A DNA stretch of 64,000 nucleotides from a virus, in the IMG/VR virus record IMGVR_UViG_3300028394_000042, one strand, 5' to 3'. The notes below the pieces were generated by a model. It was not told where the DNA came from and ran no database searches. It saw only the letters and a program-made list of their open reading frames with translations. Below, piece after piece: positions 1 to 8,738 of this stretch; positions within the stretch are counted from its first letter, which is position 1; each line of letters begins with the position of its first letter. A program made the translations under genes and the position numbers.

Positions 1-452
1 AACGCCTTGCCGCGCACGCCAGTAGTGCCGGACGTCTGTGCAAAGAACGTCAACTGGTTGGCCTGCTGGCTGATCGGCAGGTTCGCCTCAAAGCCGCTGG
101 ATACCCCAAGTGCCGGCTCCAGACTCAGCGGAATACGCAAAAAGTCGCGCTCACCGGAAAGTGAGTTGTAGTAATTAATGCCGACATCCCGGGCAAAACC
201 TGTTGTCGCGATAACGTCGGCTGGGTTTTCTTGGTTCTCAAACTCGATATACAGCGCCGAGATGTGATAAGACGGCCGGTCAGCCTGTGCGCGGTAGCCA
301 AGTTGCTTGGCAGCGATAAAGCCCCACGAATACTGGATTTGGTTGTGCTGCGAAAAAATAGGCGTGTGCAAGCCGGTTTTTTCGTCAATGCTCCAAAGCG
401 TGACGTGACCGCGAACGCCAAAATTTTCCGGTGTGATTTTGTCAGCAGCCAT
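1..452 (-). CDS. Partial gene running off the window edge; probable baseplate/tail-associated protein (MAADKITPENFGVRGHVTLW...)
   Basis: Translated manually: ATG at 452 preceded by AAGGA, open to base 1; directly follows the baseplate wedge gene. Not in the ORF track. Confidence 0.65.
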   Translation of the reverse strand, partial: MAADKITPENFGVRGHVTLWSIDEKTGLHTPIFSQHNQIQYSWGFIAAKQLGYRAQADRPSYHISALYIEFENQENPADVIATTGFARDVGINYYNSLSGERDFLRIPLSLEPALGVSSGFEANLPISQQANQLTFFAQTSGTTGVRGKA

Positions 453-461
453 TGTGGTTCC

Positions 462-2189
462 TTACTGGCACGTACCTGATACCAACCTGACCGTTACGCC
501 CAAATCCTGCACAAGTGTTACCGGCACAGTGTCGCTTTGGGGCGCCATTCCGGTAAAAACACGCGCTGTATCGCTGATAACGTCTTCGGCGTTTACAACG
601 TCTAGCCCGCCTGTCAGCTCGAAAATCACTATCATTGCGACCTGCGGCGGGAGCAACTGCCGTAGGTGTCTAACATTGTACAGGCCGAGGTGATTTTGCC
701 CCAACGCAGAAATTTGAATTCTGACTACAAATATGTTGTTTCGCAGCACATTTTCTACCAAAAACTGCATTGGGTTAATGGTTCTTGGCAGATGGGTTAC
801 TTCCGGCTCTGTAACTGAGTTTGCCCGCCTGTCGAGGATGTGCGCAAGCGTTCCCCGGCGTTTACTGCGCACAATACACGGCTGGTCGTTCGCTTGGGCA
901 GACGCTACGCCCCGGCTGTGAATCTCGTCAAAGAACCGGTCTACTTCTGCCGGTAAGCCCCCGAGCGCGAACTTCAGGTAGGTGTAGCCGCTTGGGTGGT
1001 CTGTAATCACCTCCAAGGGCACATCTACGTTCTCAAATACCAGCTCGCCGTAAAAGCAGGCAGACAGGAAACCGCCGTCGAGGGTCAGGGCGTTAATAGC
1101 CTTGCGGGTTCGGCGGCATACTTCTGAATTGGGGTCTAGCAGGATCTCGTCGTCGCCTTCGGTCGTAAGGCTTTCCCACAGGTTATCGGCCAGCACAGTG
1201 TCAGCAGGCGGGCAGCACACGAATTCCGGGTTTGTGGTGGTGAGTTGCGCGTATTTGTTGCCGACGAAGAACTCTGTGATCTCTAAGCCAGAAATTAGCT
1301 GTGTGCCGGCGCTGATCTGCTGGCCTACCGTCACTTTGGCTGTAGCGCCGGTGTTGAACCTGTAAACAGCCTTGTCGGTTATGATAAGTAAACCCGTGGC
1401 GTCCCGGTCAACCACTTCTACGGTTTCAGTGGGCTCAAGGCTAACCGGGATGCCACTGATCGCCGCGAGGGCCAAATCCAGTGTCGCCGCGCTAGCGCCG
1501 CCTTCGATAAGGCCGTTTATGATCGCGTTGGTGAGGTCTTTGTAGCCCTGACTGGTCTTTAGGTACAGCCCGACAGCGTACGCAAACTGGCGGAACACGT
1601 ACTCGTAATCGAACTGGCCGCAGAACCCCCAGAGCACTATTTCTTCGTCGTTCTCTACGCCTGCGATTGGTTTGCGCACCAGCCCGAGGTTGTCGAACGG
1701 ATTGACCGGGAAAACAATCGAGTTGCGCGTCGAGTCGATTGTGAAATCTATGTTTTTCAGCAGCGCCACTGTCGGATACGTAATCCGGTTGAACAGTTGG
1801 CGCACATCAGCGAGCTTGGCCGGCAGCGGGAAGGCAAAGCTTGTTTGAACAGGTGTTACGTCAAACTGGAGGCCGGAGTAGTCAAATACACCGGCGTTGT
1901 CGTCAAACCGGCTACCGGCTACAGCCGCAGAGTTCAGCTCAGACTTCTTTATCGTGATTGGCGTGATTGTCTCAGTGTGGAACAGCGGCACGTCATACCG
2001 GCTGAGCATTGCCAGCGTTTCAAGCAAGTTTTGGTACGTCTGGTTGGCTATCTGCCCTGTCGCTGCCGCATAAGACGAGACTTGGTCGGAGCTTGTGTAC
2101 GTGCGGGACCAGAAGCTTCCGAGCACAGCAACGAGATTGCGTGCGCGGTCAAAGTCAGAGCCCGGGTATACAAATGTCGGTGTGTCCAT
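462..2189 (-). CDS. Putative baseplate wedge protein, 575 aa
   Basis: Long ORF directly downstream of the baseplate J gene; function from position only. Confidence 0.55.
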   Translation of the reverse strand: MDTPTFVYPGSDFDRARNLVAVLGSFWSRTYTSSDQVSSYAAATGQIANQTYQNLLETLAMLSRYDVPLFHTETITPITIKKSELNSAAVAGSRFDDNAGVFDYSGLQFDVTPVQTSFAFPLPAKLADVRQLFNRITYPTVALLKNIDFTIDSTRNSIVFPVNPFDNLGLVRKPIAGVENDEEIVLWGFCGQFDYEYVFRQFAYAVGLYLKTSQGYKDLTNAIINGLIEGGASAATLDLALAAISGIPVSLEPTETVEVVDRDATGLLIITDKAVYRFNTGATAKVTVGQQISAGTQLISGLEITEFFVGNKYAQLTTTNPEFVCCPPADTVLADNLWESLTTEGDDEILLDPNSEVCRRTRKAINALTLDGGFLSACFYGELVFENVDVPLEVITDHPSGYTYLKFALGGLPAEVDRFFDEIHSRGVASAQANDQPCIVRSKRRGTLAHILDRRANSVTEPEVTHLPRTINPMQFLVENVLRNNIFVVRIQISALGQNHLGLYNVRHLRQLLPPQVAMIVIFELTGGLDVVNAEDVISDTARVFTGMAPQSDTVPVTLVQDLGVTVRLVSGTCQ

Positions 2190-2197
2190 GCGTCACA

Positions 2198-3835
2198 TCA
2201 ATTCAGAAAGCCAGCAGCGACGACCGAAATCGATACGTCTTGCGGGCTTGTGAGGAATACTGTCGTGCGGCCGGTAACCAGTCTTTCGGGGTCTGTCGGT
2301 ATGCGCAGAATAGCGCTATCGCGTACAAAGCTTAAATCGCCATTGGGGCGCCGGATCTTACCGAACATATCGATGCTGCTAACGGCTTGCTGGCCTGTCA
2401 GGTAGTCATGCACAACGTTTGTAATGACCGACGCATGCAATTGGCCAGAGAAGCCAATCTTGGACACAGCGGCACTTACAGCAGCTTGAATCTCTGCAAC
2501 AGGCGGCGTTGGGTCACTGGCTTGGGTGCGAATCTCAAATGAAATCTTGGTGAAGCACGGCACTGCGGCTTTGACCAGAATATCAGCGCTGCGCGATCTG
2601 TTAGCGCGAGAACTCAAGAAGTCCTGCATCTCGGCAATCAACGGCATAGCTGATGTCGTGACCACATACAGCGCGCGGGACTCGTTTGCAACCAAAGAAC
2701 TGGTGGCGGCGTCAGTGTCGTTGAAGCGGATCACGGCGTTTTGATATCTAGTGTACGTGCCTTCGTGCAGGTACAACACGTCTGGGACAAAGTCTGTGTT
2801 CAAGAAATCAATGTTGCGGATATCTTCAGCTACGCCGTATCCGCTGGACACTGTGTCGCCAGCCCGGGCAATACGGGTAACTTCGTAGAAACCGGGCGCG
2901 GTGTCTCTCGGCAGAATGAGCTGCCACTGATTCCCGCCCATATATGTAGCTTCAAGCAAGTGGTCTTGCAGCTGAGCGTAATCGCTGGTCTGCACATAGA
3001 TGTCGACCTTGCCGCCGCCTGATACTGGAAACAAGCTGTGCTGGTCGCGCTGCTGCTCTGGGTCGCCGCAGCCCAGCACCGAGACGTGCAGCGTGTTAGA
3101 GAACGCGGGCTGGTTGAGAATAGCTGCGGTGTAGCTCTGCCGACTGCCGATTGTCTTTGCGGCAAGGGCGGGCGCAAGCTTGGTCAGGTACTCTGCGTTT
3201 GAACTGGCGTCGCGACCGTGGATAAAGTCAGTGTTGGCGTATACGTCGGCGGTGTTGTTCAGCACGCTGTTTGGCGTGAGTTTAACGCCGCGGCGAATGT
3301 TGCCAGCTGCGCCAATAGTCGTAGCCTGCACAGTGATGTTAGCCGCGTAAGTACCGTCGCCTACCGGGATCATTACGCGCTCGTTTGCTGCCGTGGCTAC
3401 GTTACCGGCGCGCAGAATAACAAACGCCTCAGTGGGTTGAAATACAACACCAGTATCTGCGGCCGTGAGGCGCACATTAGCCGCAATGGCTGTTGTGACG
3501 TTCAGGTGAAAAATAACAGTGGCTACGCCTGTGGCTGGCGTACCGTTATCGCGGGTGATGTTGTAGTTCGACAACACCTGATCAACGACGCTCGTGTCTG
3601 CAAGTGTCGGATCGGTATTGATATCTAAAAGACTGTTGCTCTGCTGCAGGCGTGTGATGTTCTCTTGAATCGCTGCGTTCAGCACGCCGTCAAAGTACAG
3701 CACAAGATCGTGAAACACACCCCGAGTTAACTCAACCTCTGGGTGGCTTTCGGCCATAAGCTGCGTCAATTGAGCAATCATGGCCGCCACTTTTGTAGCG
3801 TCCAGCTGCTTTAAACTTGTGATCTCAATAGCCAT
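2198..3835 (-). CDS. Baseplate J-like wedge protein, 545 aa
   Basis: Typical J pattern: NYNITR..GTPATG, VQATTIGAAGNI, FIHGRDASSNAEY, GGKVDIYV. Confidence 0.85.
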   Translation of the reverse strand: MAIEITSLKQLDATKVAAMIAQLTQLMAESHPEVELTRGVFHDLVLYFDGVLNAAIQENITRLQQSNSLLDINTDPTLADTSVVDQVLSNYNITRDNGTPATGVATVIFHLNVTTAIAANVRLTAADTGVVFQPTEAFVILRAGNVATAANERVMIPVGDGTYAANITVQATTIGAAGNIRRGVKLTPNSVLNNTADVYANTDFIHGRDASSNAEYLTKLAPALAAKTIGSRQSYTAAILNQPAFSNTLHVSVLGCGDPEQQRDQHSLFPVSGGGKVDIYVQTSDYAQLQDHLLEATYMGGNQWQLILPRDTAPGFYEVTRIARAGDTVSSGYGVAEDIRNIDFLNTDFVPDVLYLHEGTYTRYQNAVIRFNDTDAATSSLVANESRALYVVTTSAMPLIAEMQDFLSSRANRSRSADILVKAAVPCFTKISFEIRTQASDPTPPVAEIQAAVSAAVSKIGFSGQLHASVITNVVHDYLTGQQAVSSIDMFGKIRRPNGDLSFVRDSAILRIPTDPERLVTGRTTVFLTSPQDVSISVVAAGFLN

Positions 3836-3842
3836 GTTGCAC

Positions 3843-4310
3843 CTACGGCAGTGTTTCTACGGGTAAGATGATTGTACGGGCATCGCCGGCTACACTTGAG
3901 ATAGCTACGCGTAGATTTAAGTAGCCCGGGCCTATGACAACAGATAGCAACTCAGCGTCGTCGAGGCGCTCGTCGGCGGGCATTGCGTCGTATTCTTCCA
4001 GCTGGAGCGCTGTTCGTACTCGTAACGCAGAGGCATAGAACGACTGCTCTACGTTTAGCTGTGTGCGCAACCGGCCTTGGCGCACGGCCGCCATAAAATC
4101 GCAACCCCTGTCAGGTAGGCCGGGCATAGAACCTTTTTCGGTCAAAAACTCCAGCACCCAGCGCTGCGTAAGCTTTTGGGCGCCGACGCAAATTTTGCCA
4201 GCTGTTTGCCCGGAGTAAAGCGCCATGTCCAGCTGCGCTTCCCCATTAGGTGTGGCGCCTTGAAACGCCAAGAAGTCGTATTTACGTACAGCGTAGTCTG
4301 CAAGGCTCAT
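3843..4310 (-). CDS. gp25/W-like baseplate wedge or sheath initiator
   Basis: GAQKLTQRW..EFLTEKGS...P.RG.DF pattern; 155 aa; immediately upstream of J. Confidence 0.7.
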   Translation of the reverse strand: MSLADYAVRKYDFLAFQGATPNGEAQLDMALYSGQTAGKICVGAQKLTQRWVLEFLTEKGSMPGLPDRGCDFMAAVRQGRLRTQLNVEQSFYASALRVRTALQLEEYDAMPADERLDDAELLSVVIGPGYLNLRVAISSVAGDARTIILPVETLP

Positions 4311-4319
4311 GGTTTACTC

Positions 4320-4790
4320 CTAGCTACCGCGGCCAGCGCGAATGTAAGAAACCACGCCGTTTTTGACCACAGAGAACACGCTTTTGTTTACCTGCGCGTG
4401 TCCGTCAAGCCGCCCGTGCATAAAAGCCATACAGCGAGGATATGACGCATGGCGCATACGCCACGCGCGCTCTTCTACGGCCATGAAGTCTGCCTGCCAC
4501 TTCATTGCGATAAGATCACCAGTTGTGCCGCTGTCTTTACCAGACCCGCCCAGTATGTCAGCGGAATAGATCTTATTGATATCATTACGGTCCCATGACG
4601 GCGAGTGCATACCCGGCACGTCCAGCAGCTCTTTTTCTTTAAGCTCGTCGGGCGTGTGCCATGGCCTCGCGTCACTCATGTACCTGAAAGTAGCGGCCAT
4701 TTGCCCGGCGCGGTCTTCTAGCTGAGCTACGCGCGCGGCAAATTTAGCGTCAAGCTGTCCGCGGCTTGTGCCGTCAATTGGTGCTGACAT
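4320..4790 (-). CDS. Hypothetical protein in baseplate cluster, 156 aa
   Basis: Tightly packed ORF between the sigma and gp25-like genes. Confidence 0.7.
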   Translation of the reverse strand: MSAPIDGTSRGQLDAKFAARVAQLEDRAGQMAATFRYMSDARPWHTPDELKEKELLDVPGMHSPSWDRNDINKIYSADILGGSGKDSGTTGDLIAMKWQADFMAVEERAWRMRHASYPRCMAFMHGRLDGHAQVNKSVFSVVKNGVVSYIRAGRGS

Positions 4791-4792
4791 GA

Positions 4793-5605
4793 TTAAAATC
4801 CGCCGTAGGTGTGTCGTTTGTCTAGCATGCCCTGAATCTTAGCCGCGCGTTGGCTTACAGCGCCCGGTGTAATTTTCAATTTCTGCGCAATTTCCTGTGT
4901 GCTTGTACGCCGCCGCCCGTTACGCCCGAGCGTCATATCTGCAATGAGTTTATCGGTCGGTCCCAAATCGTCATAGACAAAGTTGAACCACGCATCTGCA
5001 GCGTTGTTCGCGCCGGGAATGCTGCTGGCCATTCCGTCTCCGTAGCTGTCTTCGCTTGTCTCGCGTGTCGTTGTGCCTTCTGCGAGCGGCTGGTTGAATC
5101 GCCTGATTTTTTGAATACGGCGCTTGGACAGGCCGGTGGAATCAGCCAGCTCGTCATCTGTCGGGTCGCGCCCAAGAACGTCGTTAAGTTCTATTTCGTG
5201 TTCGTTCAATCTGGAGAAATCAAGGCCAGCCTGCTCTGGCACGTTGATAATATTTTGCGATTGCGCCGACAACCGCCGAATACCCTGTAACTGTGAAAGC
5301 AAATGCGTGCGGACATTACCCCGCTCTGGGTCAAAACTGCCTAGAGCCTTGAGCGCCATAATTTTTGCCCGCGACTTGATCGTTGGCCCGGCCGTGTTAC
5401 CGGCATAACTCGACACAGCCGTGTCGATTACGGGCTGGATTGTCTTCAACATAGCCGTGCTTGCTTCGGGCGTTTTGTTTGTCTGCCACTGCGCATATGC
5501 GTTGCTGAAATCATCATGCACACCAGCCGGGCGAGAACCAGAAAACGGTCCGCGAATATCGCCAAGAATAGACGGCGCGCCAGTAGTTGTGATTTTGTCG
5601 CTCAT
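4793..5605 (-). CDS. Sigma-70 family factor (divergent)
   Basis: Region 2 ALKALGSFDPERG; INVPE; region 3 LGRDPTDDELADSTGLS; region 4 helix-turn-helix STQEIAQKLKITPGAVSQR. Confidence 0.88.
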   Translation of the reverse strand: MSDKITTTGAPSILGDIRGPFSGSRPAGVHDDFSNAYAQWQTNKTPEASTAMLKTIQPVIDTAVSSYAGNTAGPTIKSRAKIMALKALGSFDPERGNVRTHLLSQLQGIRRLSAQSQNIINVPEQAGLDFSRLNEHEIELNDVLGRDPTDDELADSTGLSKRRIQKIRRFNQPLAEGTTTRETSEDSYGDGMASSIPGANNAADAWFNFVYDDLGPTDKLIADMTLGRNGRRRTSTQEIAQKLKITPGAVSQRAAKIQGMLDKRHTYGGF

Positions 5606-7284
5606 ATTGTTGTTCTATTTTGCGTGGTTGTTTTTAAGTTGCCGCCGTACCAAGCAGTGTCTTTTCCGTACAGCGGCGCGTGCGTTCCCGAAACCTCTAC
5701 TGTGTCTGCATCTTCTTCTTCTGTGCGCACGTAAGCCAGTGTAAAAGATGTCCCCGCTAGCCCGCGTTCGGCGTTAATTGCGTATGACACCTGCGTTACA
5801 GCGGCAATCATAGCGCCGTCAGACGCAATCTCTGTTGTTGGTGTTTCAATTCTAACAATACTGCCCGGCGCAATATCAAAACGCAACTTACCGGACAATT
5901 CGCCCTGTCGGTGGCTCAATTTTTCTGTTTTGTACCAGTGTTCTGCCAGTCGTGTGTATATGTCACTTTGCTGCAACTGAAACAGTGTCTCTGTTGGCGT
6001 GAGCGCGCCGTCTGGCGCTTTTGGCTCTCCAGTCCCCGGCGCTGCGCAATCGCCCGGCGATTTTCCGCCGACGCCGGTTGTAGGCCCAGCAAGTAGCGCC
6101 ATTGGCGTCACATTTGATAGCCATGTTGGCGGCTCTTTGAACAGTTTCATGCCTACGCGGTCAGTGCCCGCTTCGGCCGGCGGGTATTCGCCCGCTGGCC
6201 TGTTCAGATTTGCAGGAAATTGCGTCTCGCCGCTATCGTTAATTTCAGATGGGTCAAAATCATTTTGCGGCGACCAAACAATCATTACGCTCTCTAGCAG
6301 CTGTGTAAGGCTCGCATTAAAATTTGCGTAACTGTACTCGTCGCCGCGAATGTGTTTTGCGTGCTCGCTTTTTTCGTTGAATTGCAACCCAGCAAAAAAC
6401 GGGACTACAAGTGCGTGCTCAACACCCGGCGACACCGCAAAGAAAAACTGTGCGGCGTACTCACCAATCAGTTTGCCCCAGAAAGTTGTGTGCGCAAAAG
6501 AATCTAGCCCTGTTTTTACCAACGCCGTGCGGATTGAGTCGAGCAAGCAGTCTTCAGCATTTGCGCCAAGATCTAACGCAAGTGGTACGTTATTTATCTC
6601 TGCGGCCGTGCCGGGCATTTTATCTAGAGCTTTAAGCGCCGCGGTATTAGGTGTATTGTCGGGCATTGGGCAATTAGCTAATGCTTTAAATAACGGTTTG
6701 ATTACCAAATCCCAAAAATCTGTTGTTACATTGCCGCCGCGCACCAATAAGTTGTCGCCATCGATCATCGGCACAGAGGATAAACCGCCCGCTACTGCGC
6801 CTTGTTCGCCCCCGCCGCTTGTCTGCTCCAGTGACTGAAAACCGGCATTTGTCTGCAACGCGTACATTGCGCCGGGAAACCAGTTGCCGTTCATGGCAGA
6901 TGAATTGTTAAGCGCATCGAGCCAATGCACCAGCTGTATAGTGTAATTTGCGCTATTATGACTGCGTTGATAACCAATTCCGGCATACGCGCCCTCGAAA
7001 ATGACGAATGTGCCCGCTTCCATTTTCAGTTTCGCGCCTTCTTCGGGCGTAATGGTCAACGTCACAATCGCTTTTGCCCGCGGCTTCATTTTTTTCCGCG
7101 CTGTGTGTATTTTGGCCTGTTTTTGTCCGCCGCTACTTGCTTCATGCCCTACGGCAACGGTTAAAGAAGCTGTTGGAATAGAGTTCAAACCAAATGTGGC
7201 AGACATAGCCACAATATCGTTGAACACTTGGCCGTCTATAACCGCAGAGAGCCTGAAACTTGAATATACGTACGGATCAGCCAT
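5602..7284 (-). CDS. Baseplate hub protein (gp27/gpD-like), 560 aa
   Basis: C-terminal GELSGKLRFDIAPGSIVRI...VTQVSYAI pattern; lies downstream of the tape measure gene. Confidence 0.65.
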   Translation of the reverse strand: MADPYVYSSFRLSAVIDGQVFNDIVAMSATFGLNSIPTASLTVAVGHEASSGGQKQAKIHTARKKMKPRAKAIVTLTITPEEGAKLKMEAGTFVIFEGAYAGIGYQRSHNSANYTIQLVHWLDALNNSSAMNGNWFPGAMYALQTNAGFQSLEQTSGGGEQGAVAGGLSSVPMIDGDNLLVRGGNVTTDFWDLVIKPLFKALANCPMPDNTPNTAALKALDKMPGTAAEINNVPLALDLGANAEDCLLDSIRTALVKTGLDSFAHTTFWGKLIGEYAAQFFFAVSPGVEHALVVPFFAGLQFNEKSEHAKHIRGDEYSYANFNASLTQLLESVMIVWSPQNDFDPSEINDSGETQFPANLNRPAGEYPPAEAGTDRVGMKLFKEPPTWLSNVTPMALLAGPTTGVGGKSPGDCAAPGTGEPKAPDGALTPTETLFQLQQSDIYTRLAEHWYKTEKLSHRQGELSGKLRFDIAPGSIVRIETPTTEIASDGAMIAAVTQVSYAINAERGLAGTSFTLAYVRTEEEDADTVEVSGTHAPLYGKDTAWYGGNLKTTTQNRTTI

Positions 7285-8224
7285 TTAATTTCAGCCTCAG
7301 TGCTTCAGTGCGGTAAATAAGCGCAAGCGTAAACGCTGCTAAGCGGTACGCAGGCAAGCGGTGAGCATACCACAGGTTTTTGAAAGTGGTGTAAGGTTCA
7401 ACGGTGTGTTCGCCAAACAGATCGAACAACACTGGGCCGCCAATAAGTTCCAGCGCAGGCATAATAGTGGCTATAGCTGGAGATGGGTTTGCGCGTAAGG
7501 CTAGTGCCCAGCTGGCTCTAACATCTGTCACAGGCACGGACGACAACGTATTGAACTCTGTCGCAGATATCAGCGAGCCCGCGCCCGCGTAATTTGACTC
7601 CACAAGCGTGCCGCCAACGCTGCTGGCGCTATTCAACAACAACCCCGACGCGTCTGGCGCGCCAAAACGCACAGTAACCTGTGTTTGCGGCAAAACAAAC
7701 GCCGGAATATGGTCAGTACTTGCGAATGTTGTGGTTACCGCAGGCTCAGTAGTTCCAAGTTTTTGCGTCACAAGCACACCTGTGTTTTCTGCTGTAGCGC
7801 CCACCCCGACAAAGTAATTGTTTGTCGAAACACCAGTTGCGTTACTTGCGGCAAATTCACCACTAACGGCTACAGTTCTTGGCGTAGCGGCAGTTTGCGT
7901 GACCGTCACTTTGCGTCGATACAGCACGCTTTCGGCAGTATTGTCGGGCCAGTACGTAATTCGCGGGTCAAGTGCTTTCACGTAGCCGGCTAGCCCGTCT
8001 ATTGCGTGTACGTACGACAGCAGCTCTCGCGCCCGCAAATTCAAAAACCGCTGGTCGGGTTGTTGCCCAAACAATACGCCGCGGATAACGTTTAAGCCAG
8101 ACGGTAACGTAATTTGTTTGAACGTAGTCGGTACGTATTCGTAGCCGTCGACCAGCCTATTGGCTGCTACTCCAGACAAATTCAACAGCAGTGTGCGGGC
8201 ATGGTTAATCATTGAACGACTCAC
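7277..8224 (-). CDS. Hypothetical tail/baseplate protein, 315 aa
   Basis: Overlaps its neighbours in the tail operon. Confidence 0.6.
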   Translation of the reverse strand: MSRSMINHARTLLLNLSGVAANRLVDGYEYVPTTFKQITLPSGLNVIRGVLFGQQPDQRFLNLRARELLSYVHAIDGLAGYVKALDPRITYWPDNTAESVLYRRKVTVTQTAATPRTVAVSGEFAASNATGVSTNNYFVGVGATAENTGVLVTQKLGTTEPAVTTTFASTDHIPAFVLPQTQVTVRFGAPDASGLLLNSASSVGGTLVESNYAGAGSLISATEFNTLSSVPVTDVRASWALALRANPSPAIATIMPALELIGGPVLFDLFGEHTVEPYTTFKNLWYAHRLPAYRLAAFTLALIYRTEALRLKLNG

Positions 8225-8724
8225 TTACTGTTCTTTTTCGGCACAACGCTGAAACGCATCGACCACTGACCTACCATGGTTGCAGCGTCTTGCATCTCTA
8301 TGCGCATGCCAGTTAAAAACGCATAGAACGTAGCGTTTTTGTCTCCGCCGATTGACACAGATAAACGCCCGTTTGACGATAGTTTTTGCGCTCTGTAGAA
8401 ATCAAACACGCGCCCTAGTCTCGCTGCGTACGTGTTCAAATCCGGTGTCGATGTAAACGCTCTGTCGGTGCACGTGCGCACAAAACCAATTCCAGACATT
8501 GTCAATTCGCCCATGCGATTGCCGAAGCTGTACACATATATGAAATCGTTGACAGTGTGTAAAAACTGGTAGTTGCCGTTCATTTCTAATGCGAACCCGG
8601 TTAGCGGCGCTGTGAGCGCTATGCCATCGTTCAGACCTTCCATGTTGAGCGAAAAAAACGGTTCTGTATTGCAGCCGGCGACTTTAACTACGGCGCCGAA
8701 GCATGGACTAAAAATTACGGCCAT
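8221..8724 (-). CDS. Putative tail-tube initiator/tube-fold protein, 167 aa
   Basis: NYQFLHTVNDFIYVYSFGNRMGELTMSG; first gene after the tape measure. Confidence 0.55.
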   Translation of the reverse strand: MAVIFSPCFGAVVKVAGCNTEPFFSLNMEGLNDGIALTAPLTGFALEMNGNYQFLHTVNDFIYVYSFGNRMGELTMSGIGFVRTCTDRAFTSTPDLNTYAARLGRVFDFYRAQKLSSNGRLSVSIGGDKNATFYAFLTGMRIEMQDAATMVGQWSMRFSVVPKKNSK

Positions 8725-8738
8725 ATGTCACCTGTTGC

